Assembly (NCBI GenBank): GCA_040878325.1 | Contig: JBBDMM010000016.1 | Coordinates: forward strand, 62,001 to 126,000 | Length of the DNA stretch: 64,000 bases | Source: Acidimicrobiia bacterium | GTDB lineage: Bacteria; Actinomycetota; Acidimicrobiia; Spongiisociales; UBA11373 | Direction: 5' to 3' | Shown: positions 15,445-25,003 of the stretch, in pieces | Layout of the letters: the number at the start of each line of letters is the position of its first letter | How positions within the stretch are numbered: position 1 is the first letter of the stretch | Position numbers and translations under genes: made by a program | Notes under the pieces: model-generated | What the model was told of the DNA's origin: nothing | What the model saw: the letters and a program-made list of their open reading frames with translations, nothing else | The model's database searches: none

Positions 15445-15896
15445 TCTTCGTCCTGCGTCACGCCCATGCGGGGAGCGCCGCCAACTGGCATGGCCCCGAC
15501 AACGAGCGCCCGCTGAGCGACCGTGGCCAATTGCAGGCCAAGCGGATCGCCGAGGCACTGTTCGCCGACGGGGCCACCACGGTCTTCTCGAGCCCTTACC
15601 TGCGGTGCGTGCAGACGGTGAGTCCGCTGGCGTCGATGCTCGGTATCGACGTCGTGGAATCGGACGATCTGGTCGAGGGCGCCGGCGGAACCGGAGCCGC
15701 TCGTCTGGTCGCGACCGCCGCCGATGGCACCGTTATCTGCAGCCACGGCGACGTCCTGCACGCCCTGATGGGCCTTCTCGTCGCCGGAGGGGCGCCCCTG
15801 GGCGCTTCGCTGCAGTTCGAAAAGGGGGCGGTGCTCCGCCTCGAACGTGACGGAGGTCGGATCGTCTCGGCGCGCTACGAGCCGCCTGAGCGCTGA
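15441..15896 (+). CDS. Histidine phosphatase (SixA/PGM family)
   Basis: ATG 15441 overlaps the ppk1 stop; LRHA, RPLS, SSPYLRCVQT, CSHGD. Confidence 0.9.
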
Positions 15897-16537
15897 TCCA
15901 CGGCTTTGGCGAGCCAGGCGACGACGATCCCGGCGACGTGATCGAGCATCTGCTCGGCTGAGATCCCCGACTTCTTCGGAACGCTGTAGGAGTGGTCCGC
16001 GTCGGGAACCACGACCATCGAGGCGGTTCCAAGGCGGGCGATGATCGGGGCCAGAGCAGCAGGCGGGCCGAGCCGGTCCCGCTCGCCCTGCACGAACAAC
16101 ATCGGCGTGGTGATTTGGTCGAGGTGAGAAGTCTCCCGGGGCACGGTCTTACCGATGGGCATCAGCGGGTAGCCCAGGAAGAAGCGCGCGGCCGCCGGCG
16201 GTTCAACGAGGTGCGACGCCATCCGCCCACCCATCGACTTGCCGCCGAGCACCAGCCGGTCGGCCTCGGCGGCCACCGCGACGGCGACGGCCTGATGACA
16301 CTCGAGCAGGATCTCCATCCGATCTGGAGCGCGCCGTCCTGCCGCTTTGTAGGGATAGTCGAAGGTCGTCACGGTCAATCCCGCGGCAAGGCGCTGCCTC
16401 ATCCCCGCCATGAAGGCGTGCGCCTGGCCGGCGCCCGCGCCATGGGCAAGCACCACCGCGGTCGAGCCCACACCTTCTGTGACGAGAGGAATGGTGCGCC
16501 CTGGCGACCACTCCAGATCCCAATGGCGTGTCACCAC
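15875..16537 (-). CDS. Small alpha/beta hydrolase
   Basis: LAHGAGAG, GGKSMGGR, LGYPL, QGERD, ADHS. Confidence 0.88.
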   Translation of the reverse strand: MVTRHWDLEWSPGRTIPLVTEGVGSTAVVLAHGAGAGQAHAFMAGMRQRLAAGLTVTTFDYPYKAAGRRAPDRMEILLECHQAVAVAVAAEADRLVLGGKSMGGRMASHLVEPPAAARFFLGYPLMPIGKTVPRETSHLDQITTPMLFVQGERDRLGPPAALAPIIARLGTASMVVVPDADHSYSVPKKSGISAEQMLDHVAGIVVAWLAKAVDQRSGGS

Positions 16538-18219
16538 GCCGAGTCCTCAGAAGCGGGCGAAGGGCCACCCGTCCGCAGCGACCACTTGAGCACCTTGCCG
16601 GACGGGTTACGCGGAAGCGGGGTACGCCTGAGTTCCCAGGCTTCGGGCACCTTGAATGACGCAATCTGTCCAATGAGATGCCGGGCCAACTCGTCGCCCG
16701 TCACGTCGTTGCGCACCACCACGACCGCCTTCACCCGCTCACCGAGGTCGTCATCGGGCACCCCGATCACCGCGGCCTCCACAACCGCCGGATGGGTCTC
16801 GAGCGCCCGTTCCACTTCCACCGAGTAGACGTTCTCCCCGCCGCGGATCACGACATCCTTCAATCGGTCGGTGACGTAGAGGAAGCCGTCCTCATCGAGG
16901 CGCCCGATGTCACCGGTGCGGAAGAACCCATCTTGGAACGCCGCGGCATCGGCGTCCGGGCGATTCCAGTAGCGAGGCATGACGTTCGCCCCCCGAATCG
17001 CGATCTCACCGGTCTTCCCCACCGGTACCAATCCACCGAACGCGTCGATGATCCTGATCTCAGCCGTTGGGGCAGGGATCCCCACCGAGTCGGGATGGCT
17101 CAGGTAGTCGGCCCCGATGTTGAGGGCGGAAATCGCCGTCGTCTCGGTCAACCCATAGCCCTGGATCAGCCGATCCTTCAGATTCGGGAAGGCCGCGGCG
17201 ATCCGGTCGATCAAACCCGGGGCGGCCGGCGCACCCCCGAATGAGATTCGGCTGACGCGTGAGAAATCGCGCCGCTTCCACACTTCGCTGTCCAGAATCC
17301 GCGTGACGATCGTGGGCACTCCCCCAAACCTGGTGACCCCTTCCCGTTCGATCACCAGACCGGCCATCTCGGGATCGAACCGTCCCGGCGGAAGGAACAC
17401 CATCGCGTGACCCCCGGCCACGAATGGCACCATCAATGCCAGGGTCGCGGTCGCATGGAACAACGGGATGACCGTGAGATCCACCTGGCGCCCCGACCCC
17501 ACCGCCTCATCACTCGCGATTCGGGCAGCAGCCGTCATCGCGACCGAGTTGAGAAAACCCGACCCGATGTTGCGGTGAGTCAGCGGGGCCCCCTTCGGAC
17601 GGCCGGTGGTCCCCGACGTGTAGAACAACACCGCGGCTTCGTCCTCGCCCCGGCGGTCCACACCCGGAAGCGGGTCGGGTGACTCGGCCAACGCGTCAGC
17701 AAGCTGCACCACGCCGTGAGGCAGCGGATGGCCCCAGGCGACGGTCCGCTCCGCCGGGTGCCCAGCGTCGATGGTCGATCGAGCGCGAGCGGCATCGGCG
17801 AGAACGACCGATATCCCGGCATCCTCGAGGGCGAATGCCAGCTCCGCCGCAGTCCACCAGGCGTTGAGGGGAACCACTACCGCGTCCAGGGCCGCGGCTG
17901 CCCAGAACCCGACCACCCAGTCGACGTGGTTTGCGCCCAGAATCGCCACTCGATCGCCGGCCTCCACCTGATACCGCGCCCGTAGGCCGGCCGCCAGCCG
18001 GCGCGCACGAGCGAACGTCTCGCGATAGGAGAGGCGCCGGTCTCCCTGGACGAGAAACTCGGCATCGCCGTGCTTCTCACCCATGGCGATGAACTCGGTG
18101 AGGTGGCGAGGCCTGGAGGCGAAGGTGCGCACCGGGAACCCGTGCACGTCTTCGACCACGATCTCGTAGTCGCCGCCCGACGCGGTCAGTTCTTCGAGCA
18201 CTGCCTTGATCGCTGACAC
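16531..18219 (-). CDS. Acyl-CoA synthetase (class I adenylate-forming, FadD-like)
   Basis: YTSGTTGRPKG, GYGLTET, FRTGD, RGGENVY, RNPSGK. Confidence 0.95.
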   Translation of the reverse strand: MSAIKAVLEELTASGGDYEIVVEDVHGFPVRTFASRPRHLTEFIAMGEKHGDAEFLVQGDRRLSYRETFARARRLAAGLRARYQVEAGDRVAILGANHVDWVVGFWAAAALDAVVVPLNAWWTAAELAFALEDAGISVVLADAARARSTIDAGHPAERTVAWGHPLPHGVVQLADALAESPDPLPGVDRRGEDEAAVLFYTSGTTGRPKGAPLTHRNIGSGFLNSVAMTAAARIASDEAVGSGRQVDLTVIPLFHATATLALMVPFVAGGHAMVFLPPGRFDPEMAGLVIEREGVTRFGGVPTIVTRILDSEVWKRRDFSRVSRISFGGAPAAPGLIDRIAAAFPNLKDRLIQGYGLTETTAISALNIGADYLSHPDSVGIPAPTAEIRIIDAFGGLVPVGKTGEIAIRGANVMPRYWNRPDADAAAFQDGFFRTGDIGRLDEDGFLYVTDRLKDVVIRGGENVYSVEVERALETHPAVVEAAVIGVPDDDLGERVKAVVVVRNDVTGDELARHLIGQIASFKVPEAWELRRTPLPRNPSGKVLKWSLRTGGPSPASEDSAW

Positions 18220-18287
18220 GGGTGCGAGAGTATCCCGGCAGCCCGCGGCGGTGACGACGCGCCAGCCCCGTACCATTCCCTCCACTC

Positions 18288-18983
18288 ATGCGAATCCGGG
18301 TATTCAACAGCGCCGAGGCCCTCGCCGACGCCGCCGCCGACGAGGTGGAGGCGTGGCTCCGCATCGTTGCCGATCCCCGAACCATTGGTCTCGCCGGTGG
18401 CAATACGCCCCGCCGCACCTATGAGCTACTGGCCACCCGCCGCCTCGGATGGTCGGACATCGACGGATGGCTCACCGACGAGCGCCATGTCCCCCGCAAC
18501 CACGAGGACAGCAACGCCGGAATGATCCGCCGTGCCCTGTTCGATCAGGTGCCGGCAACGCTCCATGAAATTCCCTGGGACGAGGCGCCCGATGCCGCCG
18601 CCAGCTACGAGTCAACCCTGCGACAGGTCCTGCCAGCGGGACCGAATGGGCGTCCCCAGCCCGGCCTGGTGCTGCTCGGAGTCGGCGACGACGGCCACAC
18701 CGCTTCGCTGTTCCCGGGGTCCCCCGTGCTCGAGGAGGTGGAACGTGACTTCGTCGCCATCGAGGTTCCCGGCCGGGGCTGGCGGTTCACTGCGACGATC
18801 CCGATGCTGGCGCGGGCACGGCGGACCTTGTTCCTCGTATCGGGGGCCGCGAAGGCGGACATCGTCGCCGAGATCCTCGAAGGCACGAGCGACCTTCCCG
18901 CCGCCCGGGTTTCCCAGGCGAGCCGCGACGCAATGTGGCTGCTGGATGCCGCCGCAGCCTCGCGGCTCCACGACTACTCCTGA
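18288..18983 (+). CDS. pgl: 6-phosphogluconolactonase
   Basis: LAGGNTP, DERHVP, SN, LLGVGDDGHTASLFP. Confidence 0.9.
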   Translation: MRIRVFNSAEALADAAADEVEAWLRIVADPRTIGLAGGNTPRRTYELLATRRLGWSDIDGWLTDERHVPRNHEDSNAGMIRRALFDQVPATLHEIPWDEAPDAAASYESTLRQVLPAGPNGRPQPGLVLLGVGDDGHTASLFPGSPVLEEVERDFVAIEVPGRGWRFTATIPMLARARRTLFLVSGAAKADIVAEILEGTSDLPAARVSQASRDAMWLLDAAAASRLHDYS

Positions 18984-18991
18984 CGCCGGCT

Positions 18992-19381
18992 CTACTCCGC
19001 CAAGCCAAGCAGTCCGATCAGGTAGCGGGACACCGCGCTGTCCGGATCGAGATCGGCACGGCGGAAGGCCTCCGCTTGCAGGGCCCCGAGTTCGCACTCC
19101 AACGCCACTGCCCGCGCGTCGAGGGCATCGCCTTGCTGGTGGAGGGCGACCAGGGGCTCGGGCCATGTCTCCGGATCGGCCACCGTCGCGGCGGGAGTGT
19201 CGTCGAGCACTTCGATCAAGATCTCGAACCAGCCCGCCATGTCTTCGGCCAGCCGGTCGCAGGTGTCATCGACAATCGTGGTCGTCGTAGTCGGACCCGG
19301 CGGTGCGGTAGTGGGTGGCGCGACGGTCCCCGAGTCGCAAGCAGCGACGAGGACGACAAGCAGAAGAGCAGCACGCTTCAC
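18992..19381 (-). CDS. Hypothetical lipoprotein
   Basis: Lipobox LVAAC, Thr/Pro linker, helical domain with two further Cys. Confidence 0.7.
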   Translation of the reverse strand: MKRAALLLVVLVAACDSGTVAPPTTAPPGPTTTTTIVDDTCDRLAEDMAGWFEILIEVLDDTPAATVADPETWPEPLVALHQQGDALDARAVALECELGALQAEAFRRADLDPDSAVSRYLIGLLGLAE

Positions 19382-19404
19382 GATCAGAGCGTAGGAAGGA
19401 AATT

Positions 19405-19577
19405 GGCGTCTCCCCCCGGCCTCCGGGGGAGTACCCCGAAGGGGGGAGGGGGCAGCTGACCCTGCGAGCAGGACTGGAGCCGGGTCTTAAGAAGTCGTGA
19501 GACCGCACGCTGTCTCCGCTGCCCCCTCCGCCTCGCTTCGCTCGGCACCTCCCCCGCCGACGGCAGGGGAGGACGCC
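19405..19577. repeat. REP-like paired inverted-repeat element downstream of the BMC operon
   Basis: GGCGTCTCCCC (19405) pairs with GGGGAGGACGCC (19566-19577); GGAGGGGGCAGC (19445-19456) pairs perfectly with GCTGCCCCCTCC (19518-19529); contains CCTCGCTTCGCTCGG. Confidence 0.8.
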
Positions 19578-19590
19578 CGGCGGGCGGCTG

Positions 19591-19878
19591 TCAGACCTCG
19601 ACCGACTCCCCATCCACCTGCAACTCATCGACTATTCCGACGATCACCGAACGGATCGGCGCGGTGGTGTTACCGACCACTTGCCGCGCCGAGTTTCCTT
19701 CATCCACGATGAGCACCATCTCCCCGGCGCCGGCCCCGACGGTGTCGACGCAGATCAGGTATCCCCCGGTGTCGGCCCCACCGGCGTCGAGCAAGTCACA
19801 GATCAGCAGGCGGCGGTTGTCGAAGATCGGGTGGTTGATCGTCGAGACGACATTCCCCGCGACCCTTCCGAGCTTCAC
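19591..19878 (-). CDS. BMC vertex protein BMC-P (EutN/CcmL family)
   Basis: GRVAGNVVST...DTVGAGAGEMVL...IVGIVD. Confidence 0.95.
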   Translation of the reverse strand: MKLGRVAGNVVSTINHPIFDNRRLLICDLLDAGGADTGGYLICVDTVGAGAGEMVLIVDEGNSARQVVGNTTAPIRSVIVGIVDELQVDGESVEV

Positions 19879-20147
19879 GAGGACCGCTCCACGTGGTCGA
19901 CGATGCCCACGATGGCGTGGTCCACGGGCACGAACTGCACCGGCATCGCCAACGCCGCCTCGCGGCTGCTCACGATGTAGACCAGCTCGCCAGGGCCGGC
20001 CATCGCCACCGCGTCGGCGGCGACCACCGGCTGGCCATCGGGCTCCTGCTCCCGGTCGAGCGGTTGAACGAGCAGGAACCGAACGCCGTCGAGCCCCTCG
20101 TACTTGACGGTCGCCACGACCGTGCCGATCACCTCAGCGAGCTGCAT
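19875..20147 (-). CDS. BMC vertex protein BMC-P (EutN/CcmL family)
   Basis: MQLAEVIGTVVATVK...AAD...AGPGELV...PVDHAIVGIVD. Confidence 0.95.
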   Translation of the reverse strand: MQLAEVIGTVVATVKYEGLDGVRFLLVQPLDREQEPDGQPVVAADAVAMAGPGELVYIVSSREAALAMPVQFVPVDHAIVGIVDHVERSS

Positions 20148-20727
20148 CATCCCTCCCCAGGCGATCACTGAAGTGCCGCCCTGCCAAGAGGTTGTTCCCC
20201 ATCTCACTGTGGAGCTGAGGAATCACCAACGCCGCGACCAGTGACTCCGCCGCGATCCGTCCGGCCCCCGCCGCCACTGCGGCCTCGACGTCGGAGAGGG
20301 CACCACAGAAAAGGGAGTAGGCCTTGCCGCCCAGCCCGTCGGCGAGGTGAAGCTCCATCAAGAAGACGCCGGCGCCCTTGACGGCGGCGTCGGATGCCTC
20401 GATGGTCGCGGCAACGGTTCGTGTCTCGATCACGCCGAGGGACTCGCCCGACCCCGGGACCCGGACGCCTCGCACCGCTTCGATGACGGCGGGGTGAACG
20501 TCGGTGAGCAGTACCTCGTCCAGCAGCGACGCCGGGGAGGATGCCCTGCCGGCAGCCATCGCCTCCTCGACGTCGGCGACCTCGCCGGTCACGAGGACGA
20601 GGTAGTTGCCCGGATGCACCGTGCCCGCAACGAGTTCGGCCACCGCACCGCGTTTGACCATGGCGTCGCCGGCTCGGATACCTGCTGCCACCGATCCGAA
20701 TTCGAGAAGCCCGATTGCCGGGTTCAC
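20134..20727 (-). CDS. BMC-T shell protein, PduT-like tandem domain
   Basis: AIGLLEFGSVAAGIRAGDAMVK...TVHPGNY...SLGVIET...ASDAAVK...GLGGK; two BMC domains. Confidence 0.92.
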   Translation of the reverse strand: MNPAIGLLEFGSVAAGIRAGDAMVKRGAVAELVAGTVHPGNYLVLVTGEVADVEEAMAAGRASSPASLLDEVLLTDVHPAVIEAVRGVRVPGSGESLGVIETRTVAATIEASDAAVKGAGVFLMELHLADGLGGKAYSLFCGALSDVEAAVAAGAGRIAAESLVAALVIPQLHSEMGNNLLAGRHFSDRLGRDDAAR

Positions 20728-20729
20728 GG

Positions 20730-22181
20730 TCAGACGATCCTCAGGGCGCCGACCACCGAGATCCGACGCTCCCGGGTGAAGGTGATCGGACGGGTCATGC
20801 CGTCACCGCTCGGGCTGGCGATCGAGAACGAGGTGAACCCCTCACCGCCCTGACCGAGCCCGGCATAGTTGGGCCCGTTGGCGATGAAGATCGACACATT
20901 GATCGAACGCGCCATCCGGGTGATCGTCGACACATTGGTCGAGTGGATCGAGGCGGTATGGCGGAAGCGGTGCTCTGAGGCGATCGCCAGCTCGATGGCG
21001 GCACCTACGTCGGGCACCCGGGTAACGGGCAGGACGGGCATCATCTGCTCGGTCCAAACGAGGCTGTGCTCGTTGGGGACCTCTGCGACCAGCAACCGCG
21101 GGTCCCCGTCGACATCGACCCCGGCCGCAGCAGCGATGTCGCGGGCGTTCTTCCCGATCCACGACCGGTTGATCACCCCCGGCTTCCCGGCGGGGCCCAT
21201 CGTCTCGAAGATCACCCGCTCCACCTTGCGGAGTTCATGTTCCTTGAGCACGTACGCGCCTTGGCGTCCCATCGCCCGCACCAGGTCGTCGGCGATGGCC
21301 CGCACCGCGATGACCGTCTTCTCGTCAGTGCAGATGACGTTGTTGTCGAAAGATGCCCCGGCGACGATGTCGCGGGCGGCCTTCTCGATGTCGGCGGTCT
21401 CATCGACCACGGCAGGTGGATTGCCCGGTCCGGCGGTGATCGCCCGCTTGTCCGTTTTCAGGGCCTCACGAACCACCGCCGGCCCTCCGGTGACAAGCAG
21501 CACCCGGACCTGGGGATGCTGCATCAGCGCCTGGGCGCTCTCGATGGTCGGCTCGGGGATGGCCGTGACCAGGTTGCTCGGACCCCCGGCGGCGAGGATC
21601 GCCCGGTTTATGAGGCGGATGTTCTCGGCGGACACCCGCTTTGCGTTGGGATGGACGTTGAAGACGACGCCGTTGCCGCCGCTGAGTACTGCAATCGTGT
21701 TGTTGATGATCGTCGAGGTGGGATTGGTGGTGGGAGTGACCGCCCCGATGAGTCCGAAGGGGGCGTGCTCGGTGACCATCATGCCGCTTGATCCAGTCTC
21801 GATCAGCGGTGCGAGATCCTCCGGACCGGGGGTGCGGGTCGCCACCAGGATGTTCTTGCGGATCTTGTCCTCGACCCTGCCCAGACCGGTCTCGGCGTGA
21901 GCCGCCTCGGCGAGATACTCGGCCTTCTCCACCATCGACTTGCGGATCGACGCGATGACGGCCTCGTGCAGATCCGTGCCGGCGGCGGCATACGTTCGCT
22001 GAGCGGCCTCGGCGGCATTCACCGCCTCGTCGATCGTGCCGAAGATGCCCTCACCGAGGGCCGCGTCCGGGATCGCCGCGGGAATCCGGGGGTTGGTCGG
22101 TAGCCGATCCGGCGTGCCGCCGAGACGCTCGCGCACCCGGGCGATGACCGCCTGGACCTCTTGCTCGCTGAACTTTGTCAC
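20730..22181 (-). CDS. CoA-acylating aldehyde dehydrogenase (EutE/PduP family) with N-terminal encapsulation peptide
   Basis: [34 protein letters not shown] (catalytic Cys), GLGQGGEG; N-terminal [16 protein letters not shown] followed by a Pro-rich linker. Confidence 0.95.
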   Translation of the reverse strand: MTKFSEQEVQAVIARVRERLGGTPDRLPTNPRIPAAIPDAALGEGIFGTIDEAVNAAEAAQRTYAAAGTDLHEAVIASIRKSMVEKAEYLAEAAHAETGLGRVEDKIRKNILVATRTPGPEDLAPLIETGSSGMMVTEHAPFGLIGAVTPTTNPTSTIINNTIAVLSGGNGVVFNVHPNAKRVSAENIRLINRAILAAGGPSNLVTAIPEPTIESAQALMQHPQVRVLLVTGGPAVVREALKTDKRAITAGPGNPPAVVDETADIEKAARDIVAGASFDNNVICTDEKTVIAVRAIADDLVRAMGRQGAYVLKEHELRKVERVIFETMGPAGKPGVINRSWIGKNARDIAAAAGVDVDGDPRLLVAEVPNEHSLVWTEQMMPVLPVTRVPDVGAAIELAIASEHRFRHTASIHSTNVSTITRMARSINVSIFIANGPNYAGLGQGGEGFTSFSIASPSGDGMTRPITFTRERRISVVGALRIV

Positions 22182-22465
22182 TTGGTGAACTTCACTTCGC
22201 CGCCGACCTCCCAGGTGTCGACGATCGCCATCACCACGGCATCGCAGGGCCGGTCCCTGGTCGCCTCGGTCTGCCGGGCGGAGGATCCGGTGGCGAACAT
22301 GACGACCTCACCGACACCCGCGCCCACCGCGTCCGCCGCGATCACGTACCCGCCGGAGTCGTCACCTTCGACGTCGACTTGTTTGATCACGAGGAATTTG
22401 AGCCCCTCCATCGTGGGCTCTTTCTCGCTGGCGACGAGTGTCCCCGCGACGCGGCCGAGTAGCAC
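22178..22465 (-). CDS. BMC vertex protein BMC-P (EutN/CcmL family)
   Basis: [12 protein letters not shown]...[11 protein letters not shown]...GSSAR...DAVVMAIVD. Confidence 0.96.
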   Translation of the reverse strand: MLLGRVAGTLVASEKEPTMEGLKFLVIKQVDVEGDDSGGYVIAADAVGAGVGEVVMFATGSSARQTEATRDRPCDAVVMAIVDTWEVGGEVKFTK

Positions 22466-22483
22466 GAGGTGCTCCCCGCCTTT

Positions 22484-22786
22484 CTAGGAAGACTCCGCCG
22501 CGGCCTCGTCGGCCCGGCCGAGCGGGAGGATCATGTCGATGTTGACGTGGGGGCGGGCGATGACGTGAGTGGAAACCACTTCGCCGACCTTCTCCGCACC
22601 ACGAACCCCGGCATCGATCGCCGCCTTGACGGCGGCAACGTCCCCGCGCACGACGGCAGTCACGTAGCCGCCGCCGGTCTTCTCGTACGACACGAGTTCG
22701 ACCTTGGCGGCCTTCACCATCGCGTCCGCCGCCTCGACCATCGCGGCAAAACCGCGGGTCTCGATCATTCCGAGTGCTTCAGCCAT
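22484..22786 (-). CDS. BMC-H hexameric shell protein
   Basis: ALGMIETRG...[11 protein letters not shown]...[10 protein letters not shown]...[10 protein letters not shown]...HVIARPH; ATG 22786. Confidence 0.97.
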   Translation of the reverse strand: MAEALGMIETRGFAAMVEAADAMVKAAKVELVSYEKTGGGYVTAVVRGDVAAVKAAIDAGVRGAEKVGEVVSTHVIARPHVNIDMILPLGRADEAAAESS

Positions 22787-22820
22787 GGGCTTTCGCTGTT
22801 CCTTTCTTTCCTTGAACCGA

Positions 22821-23447
22821 TCAAGTGGCTTCGCGGCCCTCGAGGCCCTCGAGCGCCCCGACCGCCGCGCGCCACCCGACATCGATGTCGCTCTCCTCGC
22901 CCCCGAGATAGACGCGCCCTAGCGATCCGAACGACCGCACCTCGAGCACGTTGATGTTCGCCGCCTTCTCTGCCTCGTTGGCGGCCAACGGGGCATAGGA
23001 GGCAGGTTCCATCTCGAGCACATAGAGCGTCTGACCAGGGATGAGCATCTGGCCGTGCCTCATCCTGTTGATCAACTGCGCCTGGTGATCGTCGACCCGG
23101 CGGATGATCTGGCTCGAGGCAATACGGGGTTTGATCCGGTCACTCTCCGATGCCCCAATGTCCTCGAGGATCGCCGCTCCCGCCGCCCGCACCTCGGCCT
23201 GCGACGGTGAATGGATCTCGAGAAGGCCGAAAAATCGCTCGACGATCTGCATCCCGGGCTTCACCTGCGTCGACTTCAGGGCGACGTCGGTAACCCGGTT
23301 GATCTCGATGCCCGGAGAGATCTCGATGTAGAGAGAAGCGTCCCCCGCCAGCGGGAGAAAGCCCTGGGCCACCGTGCCCAGGAACGCCGCGTACTGGGGC
23401 TGCAGGCTGTCCAGGAACGAATAGCCCCGGAGGTCAATACCGCTCAC
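22821..23447 (-). CDS. BMC-Tdp stacked/gated trimeric shell protein (CcmP/CsoS1D-like)
   Basis: [13 protein letters not shown]...[17 protein letters not shown]...[11 protein letters not shown]...[10 protein letters not shown]...GRVYLGG. Confidence 0.93.
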   Translation of the reverse strand: MSGIDLRGYSFLDSLQPQYAAFLGTVAQGFLPLAGDASLYIEISPGIEINRVTDVALKSTQVKPGMQIVERFFGLLEIHSPSQAEVRAAGAAILEDIGASESDRIKPRIASSQIIRRVDDHQAQLINRMRHGQMLIPGQTLYVLEMEPASYAPLAANEAEKAANINVLEVRSFGSLGRVYLGGEESDIDVGWRAAVGALEGLEGREAT

Positions 23448-24291
23448 TCGTTGTCCCTCCCGTCACGATCTGAACTCCTGCCGATGCACCGATCCTCGTC
23501 GCTCCGGCAGCAATCATCTGCCGGACGTCGTCGGCGTTGCGGATTCCGCCCGACGCCTTGACCCCGACCTTGGGGCCTACTGCCTCCCTCATCAACGCCA
23601 CGTCGTACACCGTGGCGCCACCGCCCCCGAAACCGGTCGAGGTCTTCACGAAGTCTGCCTTGGCTTTCACGGCCAATCGCGATCCGATCACCTTCTCTTC
23701 GTCGGTGAGCATGGCAGTTTCGAGTATCACCTTGCACACCGCTCCGGCCTCGCGGCAGGCCTCGGCCACCCCGGCGACGTCGCGCTCGACGAGAGAGTGG
23801 TCTTGCGACTTGAGCGCACCCACGTTGATGACCATATCGATTTCACGGGCGCCGTCGCGGATCGCCCGGCGGGCCTCCATGGCCTTGATCTCCGGCATAG
23901 ATGCCCCGAACGGGAAGCCCACCACGGCACACGCCACCACATCGGAGCCCTTGAGATTGTCGGCGACCCGTTTGACCCAGTACGGATTGACGCAGACGGA
24001 AGCGAACCCATACTCCCGCGCCTCGGTGCACATGCGGTCGATCTCGGCGGTGGTGGCATCGGGGCGGAGAAGCGTGTGGTCGATGAATCCCGCCAGGTCG
24101 GTTGGCACGTCGGCCCCGAGTCCGTTGAACGACACCCGGGTGGCACCGGCAGCCAGCACCGACCGCACTTTGTCGGCAGAGTGGGCGACGCAGTCACCGA
24201 CACAGGCAAGGCAGTCATCCCAGGACTCGCCGGCCACCGCGGCCAGCACTTCCCGCGTGATCGCCTCGATCAGCTCGTCGCGCTCGCTCAT
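23434..24291 (-). CDS. deoC: Deoxyribose-phosphate aldolase with N-terminal encapsulation peptide and Cys-containing extension
   Basis: [34 protein letters not shown] (Schiff-base Lys), KASGGIR, RIGAS; ATG 24291 overlaps the upstream stop. Confidence 0.95.
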   Translation of the reverse strand: MSERDELIEAITREVLAAVAGESWDDCLACVGDCVAHSADKVRSVLAAGATRVSFNGLGADVPTDLAGFIDHTLLRPDATTAEIDRMCTEAREYGFASVCVNPYWVKRVADNLKGSDVVACAVVGFPFGASMPEIKAMEARRAIRDGAREIDMVINVGALKSQDHSLVERDVAGVAEACREAGAVCKVILETAMLTDEEKVIGSRLAVKAKADFVKTSTGFGGGGATVYDVALMREAVGPKVGVKASGGIRNADDVRQMIAAGATRIGASAGVQIVTGGTTSERY

Positions 24292-24881
24292 ACCGCCTCC
24301 CCCATGCGCCGGCGGGCATCGAGGGCCTCGATCATCGCCACCCGGCGAGCATGGCGCCCCTCGCCCCAGGGCGTGGCGAGCCACTCCTCGACGATCTGCC
24401 ACGCCAGCGTCTCCCCGATCAGCCCGGCGCCGAGCGTGAGCACATTGGCGTGATTGTGTTCCCGGCTGTTGCGCGCCGAGGACAGGTCGTAACAGAGCGC
24501 CGCCCTCACCCCCGCCACCTTGTTGGCGACCATCGCCGACCCGATGCCGGCCCCGTCGATCACGATGCCGGCAACGCATTCCCCGGAAGCCACTTTTTCG
24601 GCGACCGCCAACGCAAAGTCGGGATAGTCGACCGCCTCGGACGAATCCGTGCCGCAGTCGACCACCTCGCGGCCGGTTTCGCGCAACCGGAACCCGATCC
24701 GCTCTTTGAGGCGGAAGCCCCCGTGGTCGGCCCCGATGGCGATCTTGCCGGCGACCGATACGCCCGCGCCACTCTCTGCCGAGGGCGCGGCAGCGGGCTG
24801 GTTGGAGGAGGCGACCGAATCGACGACGCGCGTCACGAGAGCGCGCACGTCCTCTTCGCTTGGAAGTTGGCGGCCGGGCAC
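24288..24881 (-). CDS. BMC-associated RpiB/LacAB-family sugar-phosphate isomerase with N-terminal encapsulation peptide
   Basis: [39 protein letters not shown]; leader [16 protein letters not shown] plus Ala/Pro/Ser linker. Confidence 0.92.
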   Translation of the reverse strand: MPGRQLPSEEDVRALVTRVVDSVASSNQPAAAPSAESGAGVSVAGKIAIGADHGGFRLKERIGFRLRETGREVVDCGTDSSEAVDYPDFALAVAEKVASGECVAGIVIDGAGIGSAMVANKVAGVRAALCYDLSSARNSREHNHANVLTLGAGLIGETLAWQIVEEWLATPWGEGRHARRVAMIEALDARRRMGEAV

Positions 24882-24928
24882 ATTCGATTATCCCACGCCG
24901 CCGCGGGGGAAGCGGGATGAGGGGCAGG

Positions 24929-24989
24929 AGTCAAGAATCAAGAATCAAGAATCTTTCTGGCTCTTGGCTCTTGACTCTCGATTCTCTTG
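24929..24989. repeat. Inverted heptamer array (TCAAGAA)3 / (CTCTTGR)n
   Basis: tcaagaa x3, then ctcttgg ctcttga ctctcga, in the divergent intergenic region. Confidence 0.9.
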
Positions 24990-25003
24990 CGTAACCTCTC
25001 GGC

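Noticed and set aside
19591..24881. BMC locus as carboxysome, Eut or Pdu
   Set aside because: No RuBisCO, ethanolamine ammonia-lyase, diol dehydratase or glycyl-radical enzyme.
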